A stretch of 62,037 nucleotides of DNA from a virus: positions 1 to 62,037 of IMG/VR virus record IMGVR_UViG_3300027535_000001; one strand, 5' to 3'. Within the stretch, counting starts at the first letter, position 1, and every line of letters starts with the position of its first letter. This document shows positions 40,854 to 51,059 of the stretch, in pieces. Under the pieces are notes generated by a model, which saw nothing but the letters and a program-made list of their open reading frames with translations, made no database searches and had not been told where the DNA came from. The translations under genes and the position numbers were made by a program.

Positions 40854-42364
40854 CCGACGTACAACCCGCTCAGGACGCTCCCGGCATAGCGGCGCTTACC
40901 GCCACGCCCGATCTCGGCTCGCTGGCGGGAGTGCCGGACAATGTGAAGTCCGGCTTTGCGGATTTGCAAAAACGCAAGCTTGCTGACGAGAGCCAAGTGC
41001 AGGATGTCGTCGAGCGCCGGTTGGAGCAGGACCGTACCCGGACGGAGCATGCGTTTGCGGCCGAAGGGATCGGACCCAACCAGTTACAGCCGTGGGACGC
41101 CAAGGCCGAGCAGAAAAAGACCGAGTATGATCCCGTCGAGGCGTTCGGCTCGCTCGGCAGCGTGTTCGCCATGGTGGCGAGTGCGTTCACGCATCAGCCG
41201 ATGATCAATGCCCTCAATGGCTCGGCCGCCGCCATGGAGGCGATACGCGCTGGCAAGAAGGAGGAGTACCAGCGCAATTACGAGGCGTGGAAACAGAATA
41301 CCGATCTCGCCTTGAAGCGGCACCAGATACAGCACGAAGCCTATATGGACGCCGCGACCCTCATGGAGCGCAACGTTCAGGCCGGCGAGGCAAAGCTGCG
41401 CATGCTTGCCAGCCGCTTTGGCGATCAAAAGACCTTGTTCATGATCGAGCACGGCATGATCAAGGAGTGGTACGAGGCGCAGGCGGCGCAGACCAAGGCG
41501 GCGACCGGGATCGCGGATGCGCAGTTAAGGATTGCCGACGATCATACGAAGCTCACGCAATTGTTTGCTTTTGGGTATGATCCAGCAAAACCGCAGGCGC
41601 CCGAGAGCATAGAAGCCGTTAACAAATGGCACAAATGGTTGCAGGAGACGGCGACTGGGCGCAACGTTGCGATGGAGCAGGCAAAGCTCGACGAGGAAAT
41701 CCGCCAGCACAAGGCAACCGAAGCGGGGCACGCGGCGACGCTCGAACAGCAGAAGGTTCGCGACGCCAACCTTGAGAAATTCCGCACGCGGCAGAATGAG
41801 ATCAACGCCGCCAAGGTAGGGCAGAAACGCAGCGAAGCGCGCGAACTGGAAGTCGGATTTATCGAGAAGGTGGATCAGGCAATCGAGCGGTTGAGCGCCC
41901 GCATAGCGAGCGGCGAGAAGAAAACTTTGCTGGGGCAAATTGGCAGTGCGGACTATCCGCTTACTGGTGTGGGCAGCAAACTAGCCGCTCCTCTGGAAAC
42001 CGTGTTTGGCGGTAGCGAAATTTCGGATTTCCAACAGATCGTCGCCGAGTTGAAGCAGGAGTATCCCAAGGTAGTCGGACTGGCGCGCGGTTATGTCACC
42101 AAATCCCAGATGGGCGAGTTGGACAAGATCATCAAGGGTGCCGGCACGTGGACCAGTTCGGAGCAAGCGCTGCATGCCACGGTGCAGCTCAAGGAATGGA
42201 TGCTGCGCAACAAGCCTGGTCTCGACAAAGCCGTGGAAGCGCGAGCCGCTACGGCCGCAACTGCCGCACCAACGGAGGCCCCGGAAGTCGGCCACGTGGA
42301 GGACGGGTACCGCTACAAGGGCGGCGACCCGCACAAACCGGATAGTTGGGAAAAAGTAGAGTGA
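40850..42364 (+). CDS. coiled-coil internal virion/ejection protein (candidate)
   Basis: 504 aa. GTGA-coupled. Long helical, charged sequence. Confidence 0.45.
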   Translation: MTDVQPAQDAPGIAALTATPDLGSLAGVPDNVKSGFADLQKRKLADESQVQDVVERRLEQDRTRTEHAFAAEGIGPNQLQPWDAKAEQKKTEYDPVEAFGSLGSVFAMVASAFTHQPMINALNGSAAAMEAIRAGKKEEYQRNYEAWKQNTDLALKRHQIQHEAYMDAATLMERNVQAGEAKLRMLASRFGDQKTLFMIEHGMIKEWYEAQAAQTKAATGIADAQLRIADDHTKLTQLFAFGYDPAKPQAPESIEAVNKWHKWLQETATGRNVAMEQAKLDEEIRQHKATEAGHAATLEQQKVRDANLEKFRTRQNEINAAKVGQKRSEARELEVGFIEKVDQAIERLSARIASGEKKTLLGQIGSADYPLTGVGSKLAAPLETVFGGSEISDFQQIVAELKQEYPKVVGLARGYVTKSQMGELDKIIKGAGTWTSSEQALHATVQLKEWMLRNKPGLDKAVEARAATAATAAPTEAPEVGHVEDGYRYKGGDPHKPDSWEKVE

Positions 42365-45216
42365 CGGACGATACCGACACGGTCGTCGAAAGCGGCCCTT
42401 GGAAGAAGTACGCCAAGCCGGTGGAAACCCCGGACACGCCTGGCCCGTGGAAAAAGTACCTCGAAAAGAAATATCCGAAAGGCATTCCGCCCGAAGATGC
42501 GGATCGCGTTGAATTTATCGAGCGCACGGTACGGCAAGGTGCCGGGCAGGTAGATACCGCCGTCAAGAAGGCGCTCGGCAAGGCCCGCAAGCACGAGCCC
42601 GATATCGACTACGAGCGCGGGCGCACGCAAGGCGAGGTGGAATTCGAGCAGGCCCACTCGCCGGCCGGCGCCCGCAAGGCGCTGGAGCAGTATTACCCGC
42701 CGACGTTCGACTCGGCTGGAAAACTCGTCGACAACGTCGGGCAGGACAACCAAGGACGCTGGTGGGTTCGCGACAAGGGCCAGAAGGTCGCCGTCAATCC
42801 GGCGTTCATCTCGAAACTCATGGCCAGCGCTCCCGCCACGCTGGGTGGTGTCGCGGGCGCGGCCGAAGGCGGCGAGATCGGCCTGATGGGCGGCCCGCTG
42901 GCGCCGTTCACCGTACCGGCCGGCATGCTTATCGGCGGTGGCTTGGGCTCCATGGTGGGGCAGGGCACGGTCGAGCTGACCAAGCTGGCGGGTGGGCGGG
43001 CCGACAGCATTCAGGATACGCTCGGCGCTTTGGTGCATACGGGCGCCGAGAATGCTGCACTGTCGGCCATCGCACCCGCCGGCCGCGCTATCGGCAGCGG
43101 GCTCGGTAGCTGGTTTCGCGGCAAGAACGTTGCCGAGATGACGCCCGAGACAACCGCGCGTACCGGCCGCCTGGTGCGTGGGGGCGCCATTCCGGCGATC
43201 TCATCGGTGGCACCGGGCCTAAAGGGTTTCGCCGCCAAGCAGGACTTGACCCATATCGTGAGCGGCGACGCCATCATGGGGCAGAACGTCGAGTATTTTG
43301 CCAAGCGGCTCGAACAGGAAATGCAGAACGCCGGCATGAGCCCGGCGCAAGCACGCGACTTCGTCAAGCGCGTCTCCAACCCTGACTCGGCCGTGTCGCA
43401 GACGGTTGCGGGCACCGGGATCGTCGAGACCGCGTTGCAACGCGTCGCTACGTCCGAAAAGAAAATCCAGATGAACCTCGAACTGGCGAAAGAAAACGTG
43501 GATGTGCTGGAGCAACAAATACGCGCGTGGACCAGCGCGGCACCAAAGGGGCTGGCCGAAGGCGTCACCAATGCGTTCGAGAAGGCACGATCGGATTTCG
43601 GCGTTGTGATGGGGAAAGCCTACCACGAGGTTCACGAGTTGACCGGCGCCGCTCCGGTGGTTCCGGCATTGCCGACGCGCGATGCCGCGCTGTCGGTCGT
43701 GCAGACGTTCCCGCCCGGACAGGTGCCAAAGCTGATCTCCGATATCGCGCAAGGCGACAAGCAGTTCATGACGATCGAGGAGGCGCACAATTTCCGCAAC
43801 ACGCTGCGCCAGATGGAGCGCGATCTCACGCGCGGCGGGAACCTGACACCCGGACAGGCATACGCGATGATCGCACCGGTCGAGCAGGCGCTCGACAACA
43901 CGTTCGAGCAGTTGGCCAAGAACGGTACTGGCTTGACCAAGGAAGCCGCCAAGGCGCTCGCCAAGGTCGACGCCCAATACCGCGAGGGTATCCCAAAGTT
44001 CCGCAATCTCGCCATGCGCAAGCTGGTGCGCGACGCCGAGGACGGCATTTTTTCCGATCCGGGCGAGGTGGCCAAGACCATCATGCAGGTTGGACAGACC
44101 GAGCAGGCCAAGACGTTGATAAAGCTCCTGCCGCCCGAATTGCGTGAGGGGGTAGAGCAAGCGCATTTCGCCAATCTGTTGCGAGGCGCCACCGAGCTGG
44201 ACGAAGCAACCGGGCGCCAGGTGCTCAATCCGAAAGCTTTGCTCAAGAAGCTGCACGATTTAAACGACATCAATTCGGCGATCGTCGACAAAGCCACGCT
44301 GAAAGAGTTCACCGCGCTGGCGACGCAGCTTGCGGCGGTTGGTGGCAAGATCGACGCGACCGCCATGCTCCACGGGGCTGCGCCGGGACAGACTTTATCG
44401 CGTGCGGCGCAAAACCAGTTGGCGCAAGCCGTCACCGAAGCCGAAACCGTCGATGCGTTTGTCAAAGCCGATCCGATCGGCGCGCTGGCGTCCAACAAGC
44501 CGCAAGTCGTGGATGCGGCCGTGTCGCGGTTGACGCAAGCTGGCGACGAGGCGACGACACTCGCCGCGTTTCATACTTTGGGCCGCACCAGCCCGGTAGC
44601 GCAGAAGTTGCGCGAGACATATTGGCGGCAGTTTTTTCACGACGCCTACGACAAGACGCCGTCCGGCATGTTGGTGATGAACGGCAAGGCCGTGCAGGAC
44701 AAGATGAAATCCTTGACCAAGGTGCAGCAGGAGTTGCTGTTTCCCAACGGCATGGCGGATGCGATATCGCTCATTGCCGATGACGTGCGGTTCGTGTTTC
44801 CCAAGAACGTGTTTGATTATGCCGAGAACCAAACGGCGATGAACGTCAAATCGAAATCGTACATTAACCCAGCAGGACTTTCCAAGCGGCTGTCGTGGTT
44901 CGTGTGGGGCCATCTGGTCGCCGAGAACCCGAAATTCTTGTTGTGGCTCGCCGATCAGTCCGCGCTTAATCCTGCCAAAGAATGGCGTCGTAAGATACTA
45001 GGAATGTACGGACGCTGGATATTCAACGCAATTGACGATACCGGCCCAAAGCCGGCGACAGGAATGGCACCGCCCGTCGAGGGCGCTCGGCAGGCACCGG
45101 ACGGCAAGTTCTATATTTCGGACCCGAAGCGGCCGGGTAAATACCTGCGTGTCGAGTCGGGGGCGCAGCCAGGCGCCGATACGGGCGGGGTAGCGACCGA
45201 GGTACCGGCGCAATGA
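42346..45216 (+). CDS. large internal virion/ejection protein (candidate); start TTG 42346 or GTG 42361
   Basis: 956 aa. GTG 42361 forms a GTGA overlap with the upstream stop. N-terminal duplicated GPWKKY motif. Confidence 0.5.
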   Translation: MGKSRVTDDTDTVVESGPWKKYAKPVETPDTPGPWKKYLEKKYPKGIPPEDADRVEFIERTVRQGAGQVDTAVKKALGKARKHEPDIDYERGRTQGEVEFEQAHSPAGARKALEQYYPPTFDSAGKLVDNVGQDNQGRWWVRDKGQKVAVNPAFISKLMASAPATLGGVAGAAEGGEIGLMGGPLAPFTVPAGMLIGGGLGSMVGQGTVELTKLAGGRADSIQDTLGALVHTGAENAALSAIAPAGRAIGSGLGSWFRGKNVAEMTPETTARTGRLVRGGAIPAISSVAPGLKGFAAKQDLTHIVSGDAIMGQNVEYFAKRLEQEMQNAGMSPAQARDFVKRVSNPDSAVSQTVAGTGIVETALQRVATSEKKIQMNLELAKENVDVLEQQIRAWTSAAPKGLAEGVTNAFEKARSDFGVVMGKAYHEVHELTGAAPVVPALPTRDAALSVVQTFPPGQVPKLISDIAQGDKQFMTIEEAHNFRNTLRQMERDLTRGGNLTPGQAYAMIAPVEQALDNTFEQLAKNGTGLTKEAAKALAKVDAQYREGIPKFRNLAMRKLVRDAEDGIFSDPGEVAKTIMQVGQTEQAKTLIKLLPPELREGVEQAHFANLLRGATELDEATGRQVLNPKALLKKLHDLNDINSAIVDKATLKEFTALATQLAAVGGKIDATAMLHGAAPGQTLSRAAQNQLAQAVTEAETVDAFVKADPIGALASNKPQVVDAAVSRLTQAGDEATTLAAFHTLGRTSPVAQKLRETYWRQFFHDAYDKTPSGMLVMNGKAVQDKMKSLTKVQQELLFPNGMADAISLIADDVRFVFPKNVFDYAENQTAMNVKSKSYINPAGLSKRLSWFVWGHLVAENPKFLLWLADQSALNPAKEWRRKILGMYGRWIFNAIDDTGPKPATGMAPPVEGARQAPDGKFYISDPKRPGKYLRVESGAQPGADTGGVATEVPAQ

Positions 45217-45938
45217 GCCTGCTTGAACCCGAACCGCTGCAAAGCCGAGCCGATCCCGACTATACGCTGGGGTCGAGAAAGACGTTCGTTCCCGAAACCA
45301 AGATGGCGCCGCAACAGCGGATTGACGAGACGTTCGATGAGACGTACTCAGCGATTCGCAGCGGCACGTTCGACCCGCAGTTCCAAAATTATGTCGATCC
45401 CGACCGGCATGTAATGGTGCCGGTCGAGCATGATCCGTTCGTCAGAATGACGGCGGTCGAGCATGATCCATTTGTCATAAGTGACGCTACGCCCTACCCG
45501 ATCCAACCGGGGCAGCAATTTGCCGAGAACGACGAGTCCGAACATCATCAGATAGAAACGCCATTCGCATCGCATACAGAACGCCACGGTCCCAAAGGGC
45601 TTACCGATGCGCCGTTCTTTCCCAAATATGTCCCGCGTAGCCAGCGCACTCCAGAAGTGGTGCCGGATAGGCTCACTCCAACGCAAAAGAGCCGCATGCT
45701 GCCGACGCATCCCGAATTGGGCCCGAGTCTGCAAGAAAAGCCCGTTACGCCCGGACCATCCCGGCCGGCTCCTCCCGCGCCTGCCGCGCAACCTCGCCCC
45801 GAGCCGCTACGTCCCGAGGTAAAAGCCCGGTTCGCCGAGATGGTGGCGGCCGGCTATACGAACGAGAAGATCGCCGATATTTTGCAAATGAACCCCGTGC
45901 AAGTCATGTCGCTGCGCTACCAGATGGGCCGCCAATGA
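45213..45938 (+). CDS. disordered protein with C-terminal LuxR/GerE-type HTH
   Basis: 241 aa. ATGA-coupled. C-terminal RFAEMVAAGYTNEKIADILQMNPVQVMSLRYQMG matches the LuxR-type HTH. Tandem VEHDPFV repeat. Confidence 0.55.
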   Translation: MSLLEPEPLQSRADPDYTLGSRKTFVPETKMAPQQRIDETFDETYSAIRSGTFDPQFQNYVDPDRHVMVPVEHDPFVRMTAVEHDPFVISDATPYPIQPGQQFAENDESEHHQIETPFASHTERHGPKGLTDAPFFPKYVPRSQRTPEVVPDRLTPTQKSRMLPTHPELGPSLQEKPVTPGPSRPAPPAPAAQPRPEPLRPEVKARFAEMVAAGYTNEKIADILQMNPVQVMSLRYQMGRQ

Positions 45939-46195
45939 ACGCGTTACGTACAGACCTCGACAAGCTCGCAGCCGAGATCGCCCGCAAGGCAGCCGAAAAA
46001 GACACCCCCTTGGAGACCGCGACCGACGCCCTCAAGGCGCTCACGGGCTATTTTGCGGCCGTGCAAAAAGGTGGTAAGAATGCGCCTGATCTTCCGGGCA
46101 GTCCGGGCACATTTTCGTTCGACGAGTTCAACGTAGCCAACGAGGAGCCAAATGGCCGAACGAGCCCCGTTCCAGATCGTCCCCGACGAGGATGA
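45935..46195 (+). CDS. hypothetical protein (86 aa)
   Basis: ATGA-coupled. MNALRTDLDKLAAEIARKAAEKDTPLETATDALKALTGYF... Confidence 0.55.
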   Translation: MNALRTDLDKLAAEIARKAAEKDTPLETATDALKALTGYFAAVQKGGKNAPDLPGSPGTFSFDEFNVANEEPNGRTSPVPDRPRRG

Positions 46196-46433
46196 TCCGC
46201 CTTCGCCCAAGGGGGCTTCGGCGGACAAGTCCGTTTCATTGTTGTTGCTGGCGATCAAGACGCTGGGGCAGCGGGCGCTGGTTGCCATCACGGATTTGTT
46301 CACGCTGATCACGGTCGCGTCGGCCTGGTTCTTGTGGTGGATCACGCCTGATCCCACGGTACTGCAAATCGCCAAATTGTCGATCTATGCGGTGTTCGTA
46401 CTTGCGGCGAACGTTATCGTGCGGAGGAAATGA
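46152..46433 (+). CDS. two-TM membrane protein
   Basis: 93 aa. SVSLLLLAIKTLGQRALVAITDLFTLITVASAWFLWWI and LSIYAVFVLAANVIV. Overlaps the upstream gene by 44 nt. Confidence 0.5.
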   Translation: MAERAPFQIVPDEDDPPSPKGASADKSVSLLLLAIKTLGQRALVAITDLFTLITVASAWFLWWITPDPTVLQIAKLSIYAVFVLAANVIVRRK

Positions 46434-47620
46434 TGCGGAAGCTTCTACTTTGCGCATTTTTGCTGTTATTTGGACTTCCAGCGCAAGCCCAGCAAGTCAA
46501 TATTTACTGCCAATCATCGGCCGGCCCCCCGCAAATATGGGCACCGTGCACAAGCGGTAATCCGCTTTCCATCAGCGGATCGTTTTCGGCAACCGTTACA
46601 TTCCCGACTTTCAACGCCGCCTTTCCGGCAACCGGCATCGCTATGGGATTCTCGCAAGGGGGAAATCTTGTTGCCGCCACGGGCACGGCCGGAAATCTCA
46701 ACGTCAATTGCCAAGTCGGTTGCGCGGGCGGTACGTTCAACAATAACGCGGATGCAGTAGCTACGTCAGCCACAAACGGACAGGCTGCGGCTTGGCTTTA
46801 CGGGTGGAACGGGGCGGCGTGGGACCGCCTCCAGGTCGACGCCAGCAAGTTCCTCAAAGTCGCGGACGCCTCGATCACGACGACGAACGCCGACCTCGGC
46901 CCTCCCGGCGCCACGGCGTGCGCGACTGATACCGGGTCGTGCTCGCTCAACGCGCTGATCCAGCGCCTCAATCAGAACCTGACCACGCTCAACACGTCGG
47001 TCAACGCATCGGTTGCCGCTGGCACCAATCTCATCGGCAAGGTCGGCATTGACCAGACGACGCCGGGCACGACGAACGCTGTCTCGATCTCGCAGATTAA
47101 CGCCGCGACGGCGCTTGCCGGCAACGGTGCGACGGGCACCGGATCGCTCCGCGTCACGATTGCCAGCGACAACTCGGCCGTGGCTGGAATGGGTGTGGGG
47201 GCGACAGGCTCGGCACCACCCGCCAACGCGGTCTACATGGGCGCCAATGCCTCCGGTGTGACCGGCGGAAAGCTTGCTGGCCTCATCCAATGCGACAGCC
47301 ATGTGTTCAAGCATATCACCTCGGCGACGGATACGCTGGCCGTGCAAGGCGTGGCCTCGCAGACGATCTACATATGCGGCGCGACCGGAAATGCCGCCGG
47401 GACCGCGACGTGGTTCTTGGAGAATACCGCATCGGCCAATGCCAACTGCTCGTCATCCAACACCCAGATCACGGGCGTCGCGACAGAGGCTGCCAACACG
47501 CGATCCGGATTCTACAATCCGCTGTGGGGCGGGCTCAAGAACACCTCCGGCAACGGCCTGTGCATCAACTCGACCGGGACCGGCGGCGTGGACGTGGACA
47601 TCTGGTACACGCAGTTCTGA
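46430..47620 (+). CDS. fibre-like protein with Sec-type signal peptide
   Basis: 396 aa. MMRKLLLCAFLLLFGLPAQA|QQ. The remainder is T/S/G/A/N-rich beta-type sequence. Confidence 0.6.
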   Translation: MMRKLLLCAFLLLFGLPAQAQQVNIYCQSSAGPPQIWAPCTSGNPLSISGSFSATVTFPTFNAAFPATGIAMGFSQGGNLVAATGTAGNLNVNCQVGCAGGTFNNNADAVATSATNGQAAAWLYGWNGAAWDRLQVDASKFLKVADASITTTNADLGPPGATACATDTGSCSLNALIQRLNQNLTTLNTSVNASVAAGTNLIGKVGIDQTTPGTTNAVSISQINAATALAGNGATGTGSLRVTIASDNSAVAGMGVGATGSAPPANAVYMGANASGVTGGKLAGLIQCDSHVFKHITSATDTLAVQGVASQTIYICGATGNAAGTATWFLENTASANANCSSSNTQITGVATEAANTRSGFYNPLWGGLKNTSGNGLCINSTGTGGVDVDIWYTQF

Positions 47621-47622
47621 TC

Positions 47623-48960
47623 ATGCGTCGGACAGTAGCGGCCTTCATTCTCATCTGCTCGGCGCTGCTAGTCGGCTGGCAGGGGCTTGCGCAGGTCCCG
47701 GTTACGGGAGCGGCAAACCGCGCGCCACCTAGCACTAGCGGCCCTCCCGCCGCGAGTGACATCCTGGACTTCGCCGGCAACTCGGCGACCGGGTGCGCGT
47801 CGTTGGCAGCATGCACGTCAGTGACGAACTCTGGCGGATTCGCACAAACATCGACAGGAACTCTAACATCGTTCGGTGCTAACACGTTGCGACGCACCGA
47901 CCTAGGCGTGCTGATCGAGGATACCGCTACAAATATCTGCACGCAATCTCAGACGATGGATAACGCCGCGTGGACGCTCAACGATCTGACCGTATCCGCT
48001 AACGCAACAACCGCCCCCGATGGGACGGCTACGGCGGAGCTTTTCACCGACAACTCAAACAACGCCGTGCACCGCGTGTTCAGTGCCACGATAGCCCAAA
48101 CGTCTGGCGCCAATTACGCCATGTCGGTGTATGTCAAAGGCGGAACGCTTCGCTACGTGTCACTGCGTGCCAAGATTACAAACTCCGGGCCAGTATATGC
48201 TTGGATGACGCTGGATACTACGAATGGAACTATCACGAACAATGGAGCGTCGGCGACATACGCCGTGCAAGCGCTGGCGAGCGGATGGTACCGCATTTCG
48301 ATAGTGTATGCAACACAAGACAACAACGGTGTTAACCTTCTGCTGGCTGGTAGTGATGTTTCGACTGCGCCAGGGCAGGCAGGGCCGACTGCCGGCGGCA
48401 ACATATACGTGGGTTCTGGCCAGACATTCTCGGCATGGGGTGGGCAGGTAGAGGACAATCAAGCCAACGCTCCAACATCGTACATCACAACGACTACCAC
48501 GTCGGTCGCGAGAACAGCCGATGCGATTTCGATAACGGGGCAGGCGCAGACCGATCTTCAATTGTCGGCGTATTCGGTTGTTGTCAAAACGAACAATGTT
48601 AACTTTCTGATCGGGCCTCGTCTGCTCGATGCGGCTGCCGGTGGAACAAACCGATTGATGTTCATTGGTTCCAACACGAGTCTCAAATCATCATCGTCGG
48701 ATAATACTGTGCTAACCGCGACGCTAGGGTCGGCTGCAACTTATACAGGGGGTGCAGTCAAAAGCGGTATTGCAGTTGATGGAACCGGACGATCGCTTGT
48801 GGCTAACAATGGAACCGTCGTCAGTGATGCCAAGACATTCAGCGCTACGGGAACGCCGACATTGGGAGGTCCATCCAATTATCTCAATGGCTATGTAGGT
48901 AATTTGAGCATTTGGAACTCGAAACAATCGAATGCCAATCTTGCTTTGGACACACAGTGA
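47623..48960 (+). CDS. fibre/lectin-like (ConA/LamG-type) protein with signal-peptide-like N-terminus
   Basis: Start MRRTVAAFILICSALLVGWQGLAQ at 47623. Body resembles carbohydrate-binding jelly-roll modules. C-terminal GYVGNLSIWNS is LamG-like. Confidence 0.5.
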   Translation: MRRTVAAFILICSALLVGWQGLAQVPVTGAANRAPPSTSGPPAASDILDFAGNSATGCASLAACTSVTNSGGFAQTSTGTLTSFGANTLRRTDLGVLIEDTATNICTQSQTMDNAAWTLNDLTVSANATTAPDGTATAELFTDNSNNAVHRVFSATIAQTSGANYAMSVYVKGGTLRYVSLRAKITNSGPVYAWMTLDTTNGTITNNGASATYAVQALASGWYRISIVYATQDNNGVNLLLAGSDVSTAPGQAGPTAGGNIYVGSGQTFSAWGGQVEDNQANAPTSYITTTTTSVARTADAISITGQAQTDLQLSAYSVVVKTNNVNFLIGPRLLDAAAGGTNRLMFIGSNTSLKSSSSDNTVLTATLGSAATYTGGAVKSGIAVDGTGRSLVANNGTVVSDAKTFSATGTPTLGGPSNYLNGYVGNLSIWNSKQSNANLALDTQ

Positions 48961-50705
48961 GAAAAGTGGCCACCTTCATCCTCATCGCGACGTGCTGCTG
49001 CGCCTTCTGGCACGGCACTCCGACGTTGTACGTCTCGCCATCTGGGAACGACTCCAATCTGTGCAGCATCTCGCAGCCGTGTCTGACCATTGCTCACGCG
49101 CAGACCGTGGCGCGCACGCAGAAGGCGAGCGTCGTCCTGCGCGATGGCACGTATACGATACCGGCGACCTTGGCGTTTACGTCGTCCGATTCGGGAACTG
49201 TCGCAAGCCCGGTCATCTATCAGAGTTACCCCGGCGAGCACGCGATCATCAACGCCGGCACCGTCGTTACTGGTTGGTCGCTGTTCAGCGGGAGCATCTT
49301 CCGGGCGAACGTCGGTACCTCCGTCGATTTTCGGCAACTTTACGTCAACGGCGTACATGTACAGCGGGCTCGGGGGCCGGCAAACCCTGCCGGCTGGACG
49401 CCAACTGCGGGAGGCTATACGGCACCGGACTCGACCGTCGCCGGGTATGGCAACCTGACCAATGTCGAAATCGTATCGATTGGTAATTGGGCAATGCTGC
49501 GCTGCCTCGTGCTGTCCGGGTCCGGCACGACAATCACGATGCAAACGCCGTGCTGGACCATCCGCAATGCGAAGTCTCCGGGATACGGCTGGGCCTCGGT
49601 TGCTTGGGTCGAGAACGCCTTTGAGTTGATGGCGAGTGGGTCATGGTACCTGGATCGTAGTGCAGGCTTTCTCTACTACTGGCCACCCGGTGGGTCGATG
49701 TCGGGTCTCACGGTGACGGCTCCGACTGTGACCGATCCAATCACCATCACCGGAGTGTCGAACTTTCAGCTTAAGAACTTGACGGTCTCATATTCCAATT
49801 GGGTATTACCGAATAGCGGTGGTGTAGGTTACACCGGCAACATCTCCGGAGCGCGGTGGACCGATGGAACGTCCAATCCAAGCTCTAGCGTTCCGATGGA
49901 CGCGGCGATCACGGTTACCGGCAGCACCAATATCATGCTATCTCATCTTGAGCTTTCCCATCTTGGGTCTGCCGCAGTTAGTATTCTGGACGGTAATTCA
50001 AATGTCGCGGTGACTTCATCCAGAATTGACGACATTGCTGGTTTGCCGATCAATGTTGGTCGCTGGTCGACGTGCCCAGGTGTTCAGGAGAATGCTGTCA
50101 CCATTCAATATAATCTGGTGCCGGCAGGAAGTCAGTTCGACTACACGGACAGCGCCGTAGCTTTTTTTATCTGCTCCAAGAATACCGTCGTAGATCACAA
50201 CGAATTGGACGGCGCGCATTCGTTTCCAATCTTTTTTGGGTTTGCGTTCAGCAACATTTCACAGAATGCCAATTCGTCAGTCACCAACAACATCTTTGGC
50301 AATGGATGCGACACCTACACTGATTGCGGCGGCATCTATTCATCCGATCCACAGTCAGCAGGAAGCACGTTTCCTACTGGGCTGAATGTCTCCGGAAACT
50401 TCTGGAACGGCAATGGTGGCGCGTTCATCGGTTTTTCCTGCATCTATCCTGATGAATTGTCATCGTGGAACACCTACACCGGAAACGTCTGCCGTGTTTC
50501 CGCCGGCTTCGTTCACATGGCCTTCGCGGATACCAGCAACATCACTATCACCGGAAACTACTCGGACAGTTCATCGATCCTGAACAATGCCACGGGTGGG
50601 GGCATCACCATTTCCGGCAATACGTTCAGCACCTCTGGTGCCGCTGCGCTTGCGATTATCGCCGCCGCAGGCGTACCGAGCAACATCACGCCGGGGGTGC
50701 AATGA
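48957..50705 (+). CDS. right-handed parallel beta-helix (pectate-lyase-fold) depolymerase/tailspike-like protein
   Basis: GTGA overlap start gives MRKVATFILIATCCCAFWHG. LYVSPSGNDSNLCSISQPCLTIAHA N-cap. Repeated N/G/T-rich coils (ITITGNYSD, ITISGNTFS). Confidence 0.6.
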   Translation: MRKVATFILIATCCCAFWHGTPTLYVSPSGNDSNLCSISQPCLTIAHAQTVARTQKASVVLRDGTYTIPATLAFTSSDSGTVASPVIYQSYPGEHAIINAGTVVTGWSLFSGSIFRANVGTSVDFRQLYVNGVHVQRARGPANPAGWTPTAGGYTAPDSTVAGYGNLTNVEIVSIGNWAMLRCLVLSGSGTTITMQTPCWTIRNAKSPGYGWASVAWVENAFELMASGSWYLDRSAGFLYYWPPGGSMSGLTVTAPTVTDPITITGVSNFQLKNLTVSYSNWVLPNSGGVGYTGNISGARWTDGTSNPSSSVPMDAAITVTGSTNIMLSHLELSHLGSAAVSILDGNSNVAVTSSRIDDIAGLPINVGRWSTCPGVQENAVTIQYNLVPAGSQFDYTDSAVAFFICSKNTVVDHNELDGAHSFPIFFGFAFSNISQNANSSVTNNIFGNGCDTYTDCGGIYSSDPQSAGSTFPTGLNVSGNFWNGNGGAFIGFSCIYPDELSSWNTYTGNVCRVSAGFVHMAFADTSNITITGNYSDSSSILNNATGGGITISGNTFSTSGAAALAIIAAAGVPSNITPGVQ

Positions 50706-50782
50706 CCCTCTGGCACGCGATCATGCTCGCTCTGGCGCCGTCCATGGTGTTCGTGGCGTGGCGGCTGTGGGTGACATCATGA
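50702..50782 (+). CDS. tiny hydrophobic peptide (26 aa)
   Basis: ATGA overlaps at both ends. MTLWHAIMLALAPSMVFVAWRLWVTS. Confidence 0.4.
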   Translation: MTLWHAIMLALAPSMVFVAWRLWVTS

Positions 50783-50961
50783 TTGAGCTTGCCGTCGTGG
50801 CCACCATCTGGCTCGGCAATCCGCGCTATCGTCCGCAGGTCGAGTGCGCCCGCGAGTGGAGCGAGGTGCGGCGCAGCCTGCCGTTCGAGCCGATCGCCGA
50901 CATGCGGGCGAAGTATCGCGGCTTCATGCGGGCGTGCGCCGATGATCATCGCCGAACTTGA
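50779..50961 (+). CDS. hypothetical protein (60 aa)
   Basis: MIELAVVATIWLGNPRYRPQVECAREWSEVRRSLPFEPIADMRAKY... Confidence 0.4.
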   Translation: MIELAVVATIWLGNPRYRPQVECAREWSEVRRSLPFEPIADMRAKYRGFMRACADDHRRT

Positions 50962-51022
50962 GCGCGAGAACGCGCGGCTCCGCGAGATGGCGATCAGGCT
51001 TGCGGAGGAAGTTGTGCGGTTG

Positions 51023-51052
51023 TTGCGCAAAACCTTGTAAAAGGTATATAAT
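51023..51052 (+). promoter_or_regulatory. candidate internal promoter giving a near-leaderless transcript for the fibre genes
   Basis: TTGCGC (51023-51028), 18 nt, perfect TATAAT (51047-51052). ATG 51060 lies 8 nt downstream. Confidence 0.3.
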
Positions 51053-51059
51053 ACAGGTC

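Noticed and set aside
50942-51040. 32-aa coiled-coil ORF MIIAELERENARLREMAIRLAEEVVRLLRKTL.
   Set aside because: It is plausible, but it overlaps the preceding ORF by 20 nt and overlaps the candidate promoter at 51023-51052. There is not enough evidence to list it as a gene.
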